Shown here piece after piece: positions 37,698 through 50,388 of a stretch of DNA of 64,000 nucleotides (its first letter is position 1; every line of letters starts with the position of its first letter). Location: positions 2,542,001 through 2,606,000 of the forward strand of contig OZ218956.1 of assembly GCA_965112735.1 (NCBI GenBank), written 5' to 3'. A program made the translations under genes and the position numbers. This DNA comes from Phaeosaccion multiseriatum. Its lineage: Eukaryota > Protista > Ochrophyta, other classes. The notes beneath the pieces were generated by a model. The model saw only the letters and a list, made by a program, of their open reading frames with translations. It ran no database searches and had not been told where the DNA came from.

Positions 37698-40600
37698 CTT
37701 TGTGACGTTCGTGGGCGGGGATAGCGAGCGTGGCCAGCGCTGATGGAGGCCGTATATTGGCAAACTCAGGGATAGTGAGCCGGGAAGCCACGCTGTTGTA
37801 CATGAACGTCACAAAGGCTTCGGCCCCCAGCACCTCTCGCCACTCCTCTGCTGCCGCCGAAGGTCATTGAATAAATACCCCCCTTCCCCTCCCTTCCCTC
37901 TCCTCCCCTCCCCCTCCCCTCCCCCTCCCTCCTCCCCCTACCTGTTGAGCTTGATACCCATGCTCTCGAAGGCCTGAAGCATGAGGCAAATGTCCATCTC
38001 GAAAGCCGAGTACACAAACAGACTAAAGGCGATGCGCAGCTCCTCCGAAAGCCTCTTGGCTAGACCCCAGTCGAGCAGCACAGGGCGGCATCTCCACACC
38101 TCATCCTCCTCTTCCTCCTCCTCTTCCTCCTCCTCCTCTTCGTCCTCCTCTTCCTCCTCTGCCTCCTTCCTCTCCTCGCCCCCTTCCCATCTCTTCTTGT
38201 CGCTCTTTCTCCGTCCCACCATTGGCGCTCCTCCTCCTCCTCCTCCTCCTCCTCCTCCTCCTCCTCCTCCTCCTTCTCCTCCTCCTCCCCCTCCTTCTCC
38301 TCCTCCTCCTCCTCCTCCTCCCCCTTCTCTTCCTTCTTCTCCTCCTCCTGCTGCTGCTACCGCTAATGATGCCCGCCCCCTCTTCTCCTGGACAAAAATG
38401 TTCCCTGGGTGTGGATCCGCATTGAAGAGTCCGTCGATGTGTATTTGATAAGCGAAGCTTTCGCACACCTTACGCATTACCTCCTCTCTGTCCAGACCTC
38501 TGAGGCTCCCCACTCCCTCCGTGTCGGTCACCTTCACGCCCTCACAAAAGGTCATGACGAGGAGGCGTTCGGTGGTGAATCCCTCTACTAAGGTCGGGAT
38601 CTGTGGAAAGAGAGTAAAGGAAGAAAGGGAGAGGGGGAGGGGGAGGGGGGGGGAAGGGAGGGAGGGAGGTGGGTGGGTGGGGAGGAGGGTGGATCCAGAG
38701 CTCGACCTTTATACTTATATACGTACATACATACAAACATGCAAACGTACATACGTACATACATACATACATACAGACATAGATACATACATACATATAT
38801 ACATACATCGAAGTACATAATACATACATACATACATACATACATACGTACATACATACATACATACATACATACATACATACATACATACATACATACC
38901 TGCACGTCCAGGCCCGCCTCTCCCATGGCTCTCTGCACCCTCACCAGGTTAGCGGCCTCCTGCCATCGGATGCCATCCGAGGGGAGTGAAAGTTTCAGTT
39001 TGCATATTTAGGCTTCGTGTCGACATTGGGGTGATGGGATCAATGAGATTGGTCAACATCGAATTGGACTGAAGTGAGCTGAACTGATCCCCTCAATCTA
39101 CAAAAAAACTGAACTAAAGCAAAGTGAAGTGAAGTGAAATGAAGTGACCACCCCCATACCTACCTGGTGAAAGTCGAGCTCCTTCCGCGTCTCCTTGTAC
39201 CACTCGTCCATAATAGGAGAGAAGTCGAACTGCCTGTCCGCCCATGCCACGAGCCGCACGATCAGTCGGAGATTGGCCAAGTCACCCGTCAGAAGCTCGC
39301 GCACCTGTGTCACGTGTGTGTGTGTGTACGTATTGTGTGTGTGAGTGTTTGCGTGTGTGTGCATTTGTATATGTGTGCGTGTGTGCGTGTAATGAAGCGG
39401 GAGGGGGGCAGCCAGCCTGACTTTCCAGTTTCAGTGCGCTTCTTAATCTGTCTCTCCCTCCCTCACACACACGCTCTCCCCCTCCCAGTCTCACCTGCGG
39501 ATGCTGTATCTTGACAACCACCTTCTCCCCTCCGTGGCCGTGTTGGTGATCGTCATGCAGCGTCGCCAAATGTATCTGTGCGATGGATGCGGAAGCCAAC
39601 GCTTCATGCTCAATGCTCTTAAAGAGTTTGTCCACAGGTTGTCCAAGCTCCTTCTCAATCAAGTCCTTCATCTGTTTGGGTCACACACATACCCAATAGG
39701 CCGCAAATTCATTGTGAAGAAAGGAGGGGACACACGGAGGGAGGGAGTGAGGGGGAGGAAGGAGAGGGAGGGGTGGATGGAGGAAGGAAAGAGAGCAAGG
39801 AGAGAAAGGAGAGGGAGGGGTGGATGGAGGAAGGAGAGAGAGGAAGGAGAGGAAGGAGAGGGAGGGGTGGACGGAGGAAGGAAAGAGAGCAAGGAGAGGA
39901 AGGAGAGGGAGGAAAGGGGAAAAGGAGAGGAAGGAGAAGGACAGGCAGGAGAAGGAGAAGGGGACGGAGAGGGAGGAACGGGAAGAAGGAGAGGAAGGAG
40001 AAGGAGGGGACGGAGGAAGAGAAAAGGAGAAGAAGGAGATAGAGGAGAAGAAGGTGAGATGAGGATGGCGATGAACGATGTGCAGGACTAGAGAGAGAGG
40101 GAGAGAGAACAAATGGATCAGACGGGAGAGATAGAGAAGAGAGAGAGAAAGACACACAGAGAGAAAGACAGAGACTGAGAGACTGCGAAGAGGCACACAC
40201 ACACACACACGCACCTGGTCCCACGGGCTGGCCTTGATCATATCCTGCAGCTTCTGAAGCTCGTGCGTGAAGGTAGGGGGCATGACATCGGCCCTGCTTC
40301 CCAGAAACTGACCCACCTTCACCCACAGGCCCTTGAGCTGCAGGATGGCCTGAGAGAAGGAGGAGGGAGGGAGGGAAGGAGGGAGGGAGGGAGGGAGGGA
40401 GGGAGGGAGGGAGTGAGGAAGAGAGGGAGAGAGGGAGAGGGAGAGAGGGGAGAGAGTGGGTAAATGAGAGAAACTGAAACTGAAGCACGTACAACTGCAC
40501 CTCTCCGTACATGTGCAGTACCTGATAGATGAAGGCGGCCATAAAGCGCTGAACGAAGTCCCATAGGGCATCGGTCTCCTCACGGCACATGCCGCGGCTG

Positions 40601-41029
40601 TACACACGAGTGCCTGTGTGTGTATGTACGTACGTACGTATGTAAAGTAGATATGTAGATAAGAGCGGGTGGAGGGGAGAGGGGAGAGAGAGGGAGGGCG
40701 CGAGAGAGATGAGGGGGGTTAGAGACAGAGGAAGAGAGTGAGGTGCTTGTAATAGAGAGAGGAGTGAAGACAGAACCCCCCCCCCCTCCTTCTCCTCCCC
40801 CTCCCCCTCCGGCACCACCCACTGCCCTCCACCGACAGTCACCTGTCCATCCTCTCACTCACCCTTCATAATAGCCACGACGGTGCCTGCAAGTAGACAT
40901 GTGTAAAGCTTGCGTAGGGCCGACCCTCGTGTGACTCTATGATATCCCCCGGCCAACCCCATTCCACCCAATATAATGCCCCAATACGCCAGGCCGGCCG
41001 CCCCTCCCCACCAATGTGGTGACACATAA

Positions 41030-41105
<76 letters not shown>

Positions 41106-41675
41106 GCGACGACATGTAGGCGGAACACATGGACTCGGCTTCTAGCCCCGCCTCGTCGAGTTTCAACATCCTGCCCCATTGCCGCCACCGAGCGAGGGAG
41201 GGAGGGGGAAGAGGGGTGGAGGAAGGGAGAGACAGAGAGAGCCAATACATTCCAGCTGAGAGGGTGCCGATGAGAGCAGCCCGCACAGAGGACAAGGAGG
41301 GGAGAAGAGGAGTAGAGGAAAACGTAGGCCCACACAGACCAAAGCATCGCGGGCCGACAGCAGAAGGCCGACAGGACGCCTCAAAAGACCGCCTTCTTAG
41401 TCCTCCCTCTGGCATGATACTGACACGCTGTCTCAATATCCTCTCTCCTTTCCCTCATCTCTTTGTCTTACTGACGCTCCCCTCTCCTCTGCCCTCAAAG
41501 CCTGTTTCCGCGTCTCACCTCCGCTTGACTGTGATGGCCAGCACATGTAAGACGAGTAGCCCTGCCAGCAGGGCCCCCGTCACCAGCATGTAGTACACCA
41601 CGCTCAACAGATGGCGCAGAGCGGCGGCACGGGCGGTGAAATCCATGCTTCGCGTCTTGTCCACCTCGGACTTTT

Positions 41676-41707
<32 letters not shown>

Positions 41708-42580
41708 GAGAGAGCAGGGAGAGAGGAGTGAGAGAGAAAAGAGAGTGGGGGGTGGACAGACAGAAGGAGATGTGAGAGACAGCCAGAGAGAGACAGGGGG
41801 AGACAAGGGGGGAAGAGAGAGAGAGAGACAGGGAGAAAAGGGAGGGAGAGAGAGAGCGCGCGAGATGTGATTGGTTTCGGAAGAGGTCAATACTGAGACT
41901 GAAACGCACCTGTAGTTGCCCGACCTTGCTTCGCAACATGTCCAGCTCCGCGTCGACGTTTTCCATCGAAGTAACAACACCCTCTGAAGGGCCGATGAGA
42001 GCCCTTCTAGCCCCACCATCCGCAGCAGCACCACCACCAGCAGCACCACCACCAGCAGCAACACCGCCTCGCATGGCTAGCTCTTGTCCTTGATCACCCT
42101 CATATATCCGCTGTCCTGGTCGGAAGGGTTCGATGTTTCTTCCTTCCCGCCAGGAGGAGGAGGAAGTGGCCTTGGGAGTAGAGGACGTAAGGGTGGTGAT
42201 GGAGAGCCGCCGCTTCACACGCGCCAAGATGGACTCTCCTTCTTCTTCCTCTTCTTGTTCCCCACCCCGCCCCAAAACTGCCCCGTTCATCGTGGCCATA
42301 CTCCTACTATTGCTGCTGATGTTGCTACTGCTACCATTTCCTGCGCTGGCTCCGTATCGGTAGGCCCTGTCGCAGCGGTCGCATGCCCGCTCCCCTTCTA
42401 CCTTCCTTTGGGAGCAATCGTCGCACACACATATGCCGCAGATCCTAAGGGGATGCAAGGGGGGAAAGGGTGGGATGGGAAGTATGTGGGTGGAGGGGAG
42501 TTGATGAGCGCAAGGGAAAAGAGAAGGATGGACGGCACCTGACGAATGGACGGACGTATAGGTGGACAGACAGACAGACT

Positions 42581-42667
<87 letters not shown>

Positions 42668-43607
42668 GGACAGACAGACAGACGGGCGGACAGGAAGCGA
42701 TCTTCTTTACCGTACAAATCGTAACACCCCTTCTGTCTCCTGTCTCCACCCCCTGCCGCCATCAACTAAATTCTGCTCCTCTACACATCTTGTCGTGCCG
42801 ATGACTGACTGACCTGCAGTGATGTCTTCTGCGGTACAGCTTGAAGGGAGCTCCGCACTGAGTGCATTCACGGACGCTGTCGTCAGGCTGCCACTCAGCC
42901 TGTCGGAGCCTTCCGCCATGCCTTGCGTGCCTCGCGGGTGCGAGCAGGCGGCCGGTGTCGCCTCCCGTCTCCCCTTCCGTCCTCCCCTTCCCCCCTCCTC
43001 CTGCTCCTCCCTCCGAGGCCGCTTTGAACCACCTCCCGAGCGCCTTGGATAGGGCAATGTCTCCCTTGAAGTGGAGCTTGCCCGTGACCACAGCTGTGCG
43101 GGGATTCATGCGCCTGAATGAATGAATGTCATGGGTGAGTGTGAGTGTGCGTGTGCGGGTGTGATGTGTGTAAGAGACAGCCATGATTAAGAGACGACCC
43201 AAACAGTAGCGCTGAGCTTAGGACACCGATGGAATAGATTATACTAAGCCTAATGCAAGCCTGTACCGTCGGGTCGGCCTCAGGCAGGCTACGGGAGACG
43301 GGAGATAGAGAAAACTCTCTCTGACTCACTCTCACCTCGACGCCAAATCCAGGAACACCGTCGCGCTGCTATAGGACAGTTCGAGATCCACCGCAGCCAC
43401 CTCCGCCGGGGTAGCTCCGCCGTAGTCGTAGCAGTGAAGGAGGCCCTCAGAGAGGAGGTAGGTGCCGCATTCTCGGACGTTAAAGAGCACGATGGGTTGG
43501 GGTGCCGAGGCGCCTCCATGCTGCTGCTGCTCCTGCCTTTGTCTCTCGTCTCCCGCGACGGACGCTACCTCCTCCAGAAACGCACGGATCTTCTCTCCGC
43601 TGGGCAT
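31671..43607 (-). CDS. Multidomain SCP2 - FYVE - 2-3 TM - ABC1/UbiB atypical kinase - serine beta-lactamase-fold hydrolase
   Basis: 21 exons with matching phases from ATG 43607 to TAG 31671. SCP2: MNPRTAVVTGKLHFKGD. FYVE: WQPD, RRHHCR, 8 Cys. ABC1: KVGQ, ASASIAQ, VVKIQ, ELDF, ADPHPGN, LDWG. Beta-lactamase fold: SITK, LTHSTG, YHYFSFG, PAANG, FGHVG. Confidence 0.9.
32430..33700. repeat. 36-bp minisatellite, about 35 copies, in the last intron of the ABC1/beta-lactamase gene
   Basis: Unit GGCAGAGGTACATGGGTACAGCACAGAGGTATATAT with an occasional extra 15-bp sub-unit. Flanked by donor G|GTACGT (about 33738) and acceptor GAAG| (about 32217). Confidence 0.95.
36323..36528. repeat. 10-bp minisatellite (GGATGGTCRT)n, intronic
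   Basis: About 20 copies read directly. Confidence 0.9.
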
Positions 43608-43744
43608 CTTATGTCTCCCTTTCTTTTTTCCTTTCGTTTCTGTTTGCTGCGATATCCTGCCGCCGATTCAGCCACTTTACTTTTAATCTCTGATCAAAGA
43701 TTGCTAGGAATGAGACGAAGGGGGATTGTAAGAGAGGCAGCGGG

Positions 43745-44044
43745 ATGAGCCGACTGGCATCAAGGGCAGCAGCTGCAGCGGCAGCACCGCTGCTTCCACT
43801 TCCCAGGCAAGGAGGGCATGCTGCGCGAACCCTCCTCGCCGTGCGCCACTTCTCTGCTCTCAAGGGAGGGCTGAAGAGCCGGAAGCGCCAACGAGCAGAG
43901 CAGCCTCAGCAGGCGGTGATACGCGCAGGGCTGGGGGTGGGCTTCAACAAGGGGACGCAGCAAAGAAGACGGGCTTCCGGGATGGCCGTGAGAGAGGCAG
44001 TGCAGGGAGAGCACGACGAAGGCAGTGGACATAGCAGCGATGGC

Positions 44045-44079
<35 letters not shown>

Positions 44080-45084
44080 GGATGAGGATGATGTTGATGA
44101 TGATGATGATGATGATGATGAGGATGAGAGCGAAGACGAGGAGGACTACGACATCGCTCTGCTAGAGAAGAGGAGGGCGCGCAAGGAGTGGAAGGACAGC
44201 ATCAATGACGATATTGTGGAGGAGAGGAGAAGGCACCTCCACAGACTGTGGGACTTTGAGATCGACCCTGAGGGCCTCCGGAAGATGCGGTGAGTGAGGA
44301 GTGTGTGAGGTATTATATCACTAGGCAGCACATGGGGAGGGAGGATGAGCGAGGGAGGGAGTGAGGGAGGGAGGAGGAGGAGAAGGAGGTATGGAGGAGA
44401 TGGAGCGATAGATCGAACAGAGACACAGTTAGGGCTCTAGAATCTCACTGCTTCTTGTCTCGTACACCTCACCTTCATTGCCCACCCACCCACCCCCCCG
44501 GACCCACACCCCGACAGCAAGCTGGGTCTGGGCAAGCGGCGTAAGGGGGGTGACACCAAGGCCTTCAACAAGCGCTTCGGAGATGACGGAAAGAAGGAGA
44601 AGAACAGCATGGGAGCAGGCGGTAAGGAAGGCATGTGAAGTTTGTCGCTTCCTTCCCTTTCTCTCATCCTCCCACCCTCCCGTACTTAACTCCCCGCACC
44701 CTTGTTCCTTGTGCCGTCGTTATGCGTGCTTTCCTCCCGCACCTTTGTGCCTCGTGCCGTCATCATAATACCCTTTTCTTCGCCCCCGACCGCCCCCTTG
44801 ACTTGCTTCGATCTTCCCTACCCATCTGGGAAGGCTTCTCCGCCCTTCTGGGGGCCACCGATGGGCACTGGCCACGCTTCAAACACCCCCTGCCCGAGAT
44901 CGCCATGGCCGGGCACACGAACTGCGGCAAATCAACACTCGTCAATGCGCTCTCGGGCATACACCCCACCACCGGGGTCGCCAAGGTACGTAACTCTACA
45001 TGACGATTATGGCAATCATGTCAGCGGGTGGGGGGGATGGCACCTTTGGCCTTGCGCTTTTCCCGCTCGGGCACTGCTGCTGCG

Positions 45085-45151
<67 letters not shown>

Positions 45152-45275
45152 GTGTGCGCGTGCGTGTATGAGAGAGATGAGAGGGTGAGCAGGTGGGAGA
45201 GAGAGAGGGCGGTACCTCACGTCTTTTCCGAGTAACCCTCTTTTTTGTGTGTGCACTGCTGATGTTGTATCACCA

Positions 45276-45312
<37 letters not shown>

Positions 45313-46523
45313 CTACTACTGCGTTGGCAGGTGTCTCCTCGGGCGGGCTGGACCGAGTACGTGAGCTTCTATCAGCTGGGCAAGAAGCCGCCCGTGCTCA
45401 TACTGGTGAGTGAGAGGCATATGGGGAGGGGAGGGGAGGATAGATTGGGATGGGGCGAAGGAGTGAGGGAGTGAGGGAGGGAGGGAGGGAGGCATGAAGT
45501 GAGAAAGAGAAAAAAACGCCGTTCGTAGGCCCCCTGGGTCCCCTCGGGGTGTGGCGTTTGATCTGCCCATTGCTCGTCTGTGACCGACTCTCTTTAACGC
45601 ACACACGCACGCACGCACGCGCGCGCACGCACTATTTTTTTTTTTCACCTTTACCTCTGTCCTTTCTTCTCTTACGTTGTCTTGAACTTCCCCGCTCTCT
45701 CCTCTTCTCTCGCCTTTTCCTCTCCTGCCTCGCCTCTCTTTTGCTCTCTTCTATCGCCTCCCCCTTCTCTCTTGTCGTCTCGTTCGTTTCGCTGTCGTTG
45801 ACATAGGCCGATTTGCCTGGACACGGCTTTGCGGTGGCTTCTCAGCGGTTACAGAAAGCGTGGAAGTACATGGTCAAGAACTACATCAAGGTGCGTGGCT
45901 AGTGGGGAGGATGGAGGTGTGTGACTGCTGTCCCCACCGCATCACACCGGGCTCAGCTTTGCCGTCGCCCAACTGCTGCACCTCCTCCTGTATCACCAAT
46001 TGCTCCTTTCCCTCCCCCCTCCATGTGGTTAGGAGAGGCGCAGCCTTTGTCGCGTGTGCTTGCTTGTGGACAGTACGCGGGGGTTGTGTGAGGAGGATCG
46101 CTTGCTCATCGACCACCTAGAGAAGGCAAGTTTCCACGACCAGCAGTTGGTGATATAGCAGGCGCAGTTGGTGATACAGCGGGCGCAGTTGGTGATACGT
46201 AACAGAAAGGAGCGAGGCCCGAGTGGCTACACGCACGCACACACAAACACACATGTCCACACACATTAGGTTAAGCCTCGTCACCATGAACGCTACCGTG
46301 AACGCTACCACCCACAACCCTCAGGTGGGTCGAGAGTATCAAGTGGTGCTGACCAAGGCGGACTTGCTCACACCGCAGCAGCTGGCGAGGTGCATGAATC
46401 TCATCAGAGCGGATCTCGAGGGCAGCAAGACACTCGTACCACAGGTCAGGGAGGGGGAAGGAGGGGAGGGAAGGGGGGGGGGAGGAGGAGAGGGGGGAGG
46501 AGGGCTCAATCCCCTACCCTCCT

Positions 46524-46559
<36 letters not shown>

Positions 46560-47079
46560 CGTGCGTGCCAGGTGGAGGTGGTGAGCGGGGCTCAGGGCGC
46601 CGGTGTGAACTACCTTTGGAAGCAGTTGGTCAACCGCACGGTCCAGGTAAAATAAAAAAAATTAGGTACATGTACATGTGATGCGTTCCTTGTACCGTAC
46701 CGAGCCAAGCCATGCCAAGCTGTGCCGCCAGCTATGCCCAGCTATGCCAAGCTATGCCAAGCCTGACATAGTTATGACGTGCTGTGCGGTGTCTGACGCC
46801 AGGGTACGACTCAACTAGTGTTTCTGTTTCCTCTTTCCCTTCCTTCGTTCCCTCCTTCCGTCGTTCCTTCCTCCTTCCTGCCTGCCTTCCTTTCTTCCTT
46901 CCTTCCTTCTTTCCTTCCTGCCTTCGTTCCTCCTTTCTTGCCTTCCGTCTTTCCCTCCTTCCTTCCTTTCTTCCGTCCGTCCTTCTTTCCAGGAGCCCAA
47001 CTCTCTGCTGGGGAGGATGCGGAAGCATGAATGGCAGCGGCAGGAGAAGAAAGATGGTGCAGTCCGAGCGGAGGAGTAA
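43745..47079 (+). CDS. EngB/YihA (GTPBP8-like) ribosome-biogenesis GTPase, probably mitochondrion-targeted
   Basis: LPEIAMAGHTNCGKSTLVNAL (G1), RAGWT (G2), DLPGHGF (G3), VVLTKAD (G4), VSG. Arg/Ala-rich N-terminus ending RHFS. One GC-AG intron at 46126-46324. Confidence 0.88.
46143..46198 (+). repeat. 21-bp tandem repeat x3 carrying GCAGTTGGTGATAY
   Basis: Motif starts at 46146, 46167 and 46188. Confidence 0.9.
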
Positions 47080-47661
47080 GTTACATTACATTGCTTTACC
47101 TTACTTGCTTTACCTTACTTGCCTTGCCTTCATTTGACTTGACTTGGCTTGGCACACGCACTGACGTGCACCACCGTTGAGGCGTTGGTGCTTCACTCAA
47201 GGAAGGACGTCTCGTATGCCTTTTGCCGAGTTGTGCCCAGCAGCAGTAGCAGAGAGCCAAGTAACGTTGTTTCACAGATTCAGTATTTTACAGATGCAAC
47301 GTGCGCACACCTCTCTTCCGTACTAGCAAAAAGGCACCAAAGTAGTCAGTGTTTCACACCTTTCGTTGGGGAGGAAGATGCCCTTCTTATCGCACACTCG
47401 TACATGTAAGTCTACGTAAGACTACGGATATTGTCGCCTCGCTGCTGGGCTTGCTCCCTCCGCCCAAAGGGGCTGCACCGGGCCATCGCTCGGCCGGTGG
47501 GGTTGCATTGGGCCTCCTCCAAGTCAGGAGGGCCTAAAGGGTTGGAGTCGTGACACCGTGCCCCCTGACTATCTTCTCGCTCCTTTCGGCACTGCGACGC
47601 ATGTATCACCAACCGCCTCCCTCCCTCTCTCTCTCTCTCTCCCTCTCCCTCTCCCTCTCTC

Positions 47662-47692
<31 letters not shown>

Positions 47693-47855
47693 AGATCGTC
47701 GCCAACCTGTCAGCAAGAGGAGTGGCACCCCAGCCCCTCAGCCTCTAAGTTCGTCTCTTCCGCTCGTCTGTCTCGCGTGGGGTTTGTCTCTCGCATTGTT
47801 GTGTTGTTTCCCCTCTCCATCGGTCCATCACGCCGTGAGCCGCTGCAAAGTTTCC

Positions 47856-47896
<41 letters not shown>

Positions 47897-48108
47897 GAAG
47901 CAGGCAGCGGCGGGGGGGGGGGGGGGCGGAGTGTTCCACGCAAGGGCGCGAGAATTGAGTGCAGGCAGCAGGCAGGCTCTTCCTCAGCCAGCCTCTGACG
48001 GGGCCAATGGAACAAGACAGGGCGCAAGCTTTCCTGTTATAGATCAGGACCGTTTTTCATACACACCCCCACTTCATTCTTTGCCCTCTCGTTTCTCTTG
48101 CCCGTACA

Positions 48109-49322
48109 CTATTTCTCACGCGCGGTGTATGGTGAGTGGGGGGGTGAAAGGCGGACCGAAAGGGACCGAAAGGGGGCAGACAGGGTCAGGTAGGGGTAAA
48201 CACGAGCGACAGCGACGATTGTGGGTGCCAAGGAGGACGGGCGGGAGGAGCTGCGCTTCGCATGTATGGTGTGGGTGGAACAAGAAAAGATGTCTGAATC
48301 CAGTCCACTCGTAGCACTTACAGTCATTGTGAAGCCCTCCAATGTACCGTCCCTCTCTACTTTATTCACGAACTCCAGGTCCAGGCTGCGGTGTGCCGTG
48401 ATCAGAGACATGCATCGCTCGCTCATCACATCGGGCTCGAACTCTCGACGGTTGGCAGTGCCGATGAGCACCTCCGTGATCTCGCTTTTAGTGAATGAAT
48501 GAATCAAACGTACGTGACGTGTGCGTGAGAAGGGGGAGAGGAGGAGAGGAGGTGGTCCGATCAGTACTTCTGGCCAATGTACTGTGCGAGTGGGACGCGT
48601 GATGGGTGGCGGGAGCCAAGCACCGACAGCAGGCTGGCTGACCTGAGACTCTTTCCTACCCCAGCGCTCACTGAACAGTAAATGATTGTTAGCCAGCAGT
48701 GTTTCATCTGCCCGCGTCCTACCCCCCACACCTCTTCTTCCTCGTCCTCCTTCCCTCCGCTTCCCTCACTGCCCCGCCCTCCCAGCTCTCACCTAAGCTC
48801 GAAGCGGTTGGCCTTGGGAGGCTTGGCTGAACTTTTCCTCCTGCCCGAGGCGAGAACCCACCCCAATGTCTCCTCTCCGTACAGCTTAATCTGAATCTCT
48901 CCCTTCAGGCGGCCATCGCAATGCCAAAGGCACTCAATCCCATCCTGTAGAACCCGCACAAAGGACGATAGTAACTCTTTATTGAACTCCTCCTGACTCA
49001 TTATGGGCTTCTCTCCTCGTGCCGCAGACTTAGACCTGTCCGGCAGAAGCTGCTCCAAGCGCTCTGCTGTCAGCTCGCTCCCGTCCACTGCTGCTGCTGC
49101 TGCTGACGCTCCCGCAGACGCGCCACCCCCCCCCCTCCGTTTCAATTTGGATGCCCCCCCCTTCTCCTTGTCCCTCCTTTTCCGCCTCACCACCGCTGTG
49201 CCGCCGCCTTTCCTCGCTTTTCTGCATCGTACGTAGCACCACGCTACACCTGCGGTCAGCAAGATGCCCAGCACAATCCCCACTCCAATGAACAAGTCGT
49301 CCGAGACGTCAGCGATGAACAT
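48109..49322 (-). CDS. Single-pass membrane protein with a C-terminal PH-like domain
   Basis: TM segment LFIGVGIVLGILLTAGVAWCYV. After splicing (about 48794 to 48485): FELSEITEVLIG...CMSLITAHRSLDLEFVNKVERD, typical of PLC-type PH domains. The final exon after the donor at 48321 is not resolved. Confidence 0.7.
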
Positions 49323-49617
49323 GGTGGGCGCGTCTTGAACAAGGCGCGGGCAGGCGGAGCGCCCTGGCTCTCCGCCACTTCTACCCCACACCACGTATCT
49401 CTCTCCCCCTCCTCCTCCTTCTTCTTTTCCCTCTCCCCCTCTCTCCGCTGCGAGCTGTGTAGCGCTGGACAACTCAAATCCAGAAAACGCGTAACGTAAC
49501 GGCAACCCTGTGAGTTTTAGAGCACCAACAAGTACAGTTTTGTTGTTTTTTTCAAGTATGTTGTGTCTCTTCTTCCCGCTTTTCCTCCCCACAAGAGGCG
49601 GGTAGAAGCTGGTAGAG

Positions 49618-50348
49618 ATGAGTGCCATGTTCCCCGCTTCCTGCTTGCTGCTGCTTGCCCCCGAGCGGCGGCCGACAGGACCTCAGTTGCAGCTACGATT
49701 GACGACCCAGCAGGCGAGGCAGCTAGTGCCAGGAGCTCGGCACCTCGACCTCGTCCGCGTCGGCTATCGTCTCAAGGAGCAGAAGAAGCAGCAAGAGCAG
49801 AAATTGGAGGGTGGTCGAGGTCGCCTTCGAGAGAGGGGGCGGCCAAGAGCGGCTCGCCCACCGCCGAGAGTCGGGGAGGAGGAGGAGGAGGAGGAAGTGC
49901 ATTTAGCGAGTCTGTTTATTGACGTCTCAATGGAGAGCATCTCGGTTCCTTTGCTCATGATGCCCGATGACCAACAGTATGGTATGGGGAAGGCAAAGCT
50001 ACACGAGACACCACAACCCACGAGTCCCACGAGCGGCAGGGGGGGAGAGGGCGGGAGCCGGCGGCGAGGAAGGACTCGAGATAGTGACAGCAGTAGCCCC
50101 CCCCCTCCATCTCCTCCCCTCCCGTCTGTCTCACACCTGCGACCACTCACGGCCCCGGCATCTGCTTCGGCTCCTTCTGTTGCGTCGAGGCTACACCAGC
50201 GCCTATGGAGTCAAACAGAGGGGGCCCTCACTCAAGTCAGCCTGTCACGCGCACATCAACACCGCATTCTTCCGTGGGATTTTGTGGAGATTCTAGTGCA
50301 ACAGCAGCAGCAGGAGAAGTATGATACTAAGCTCGGCAACGTCTGTGT

Positions 50349-50388
<40 letters not shown>

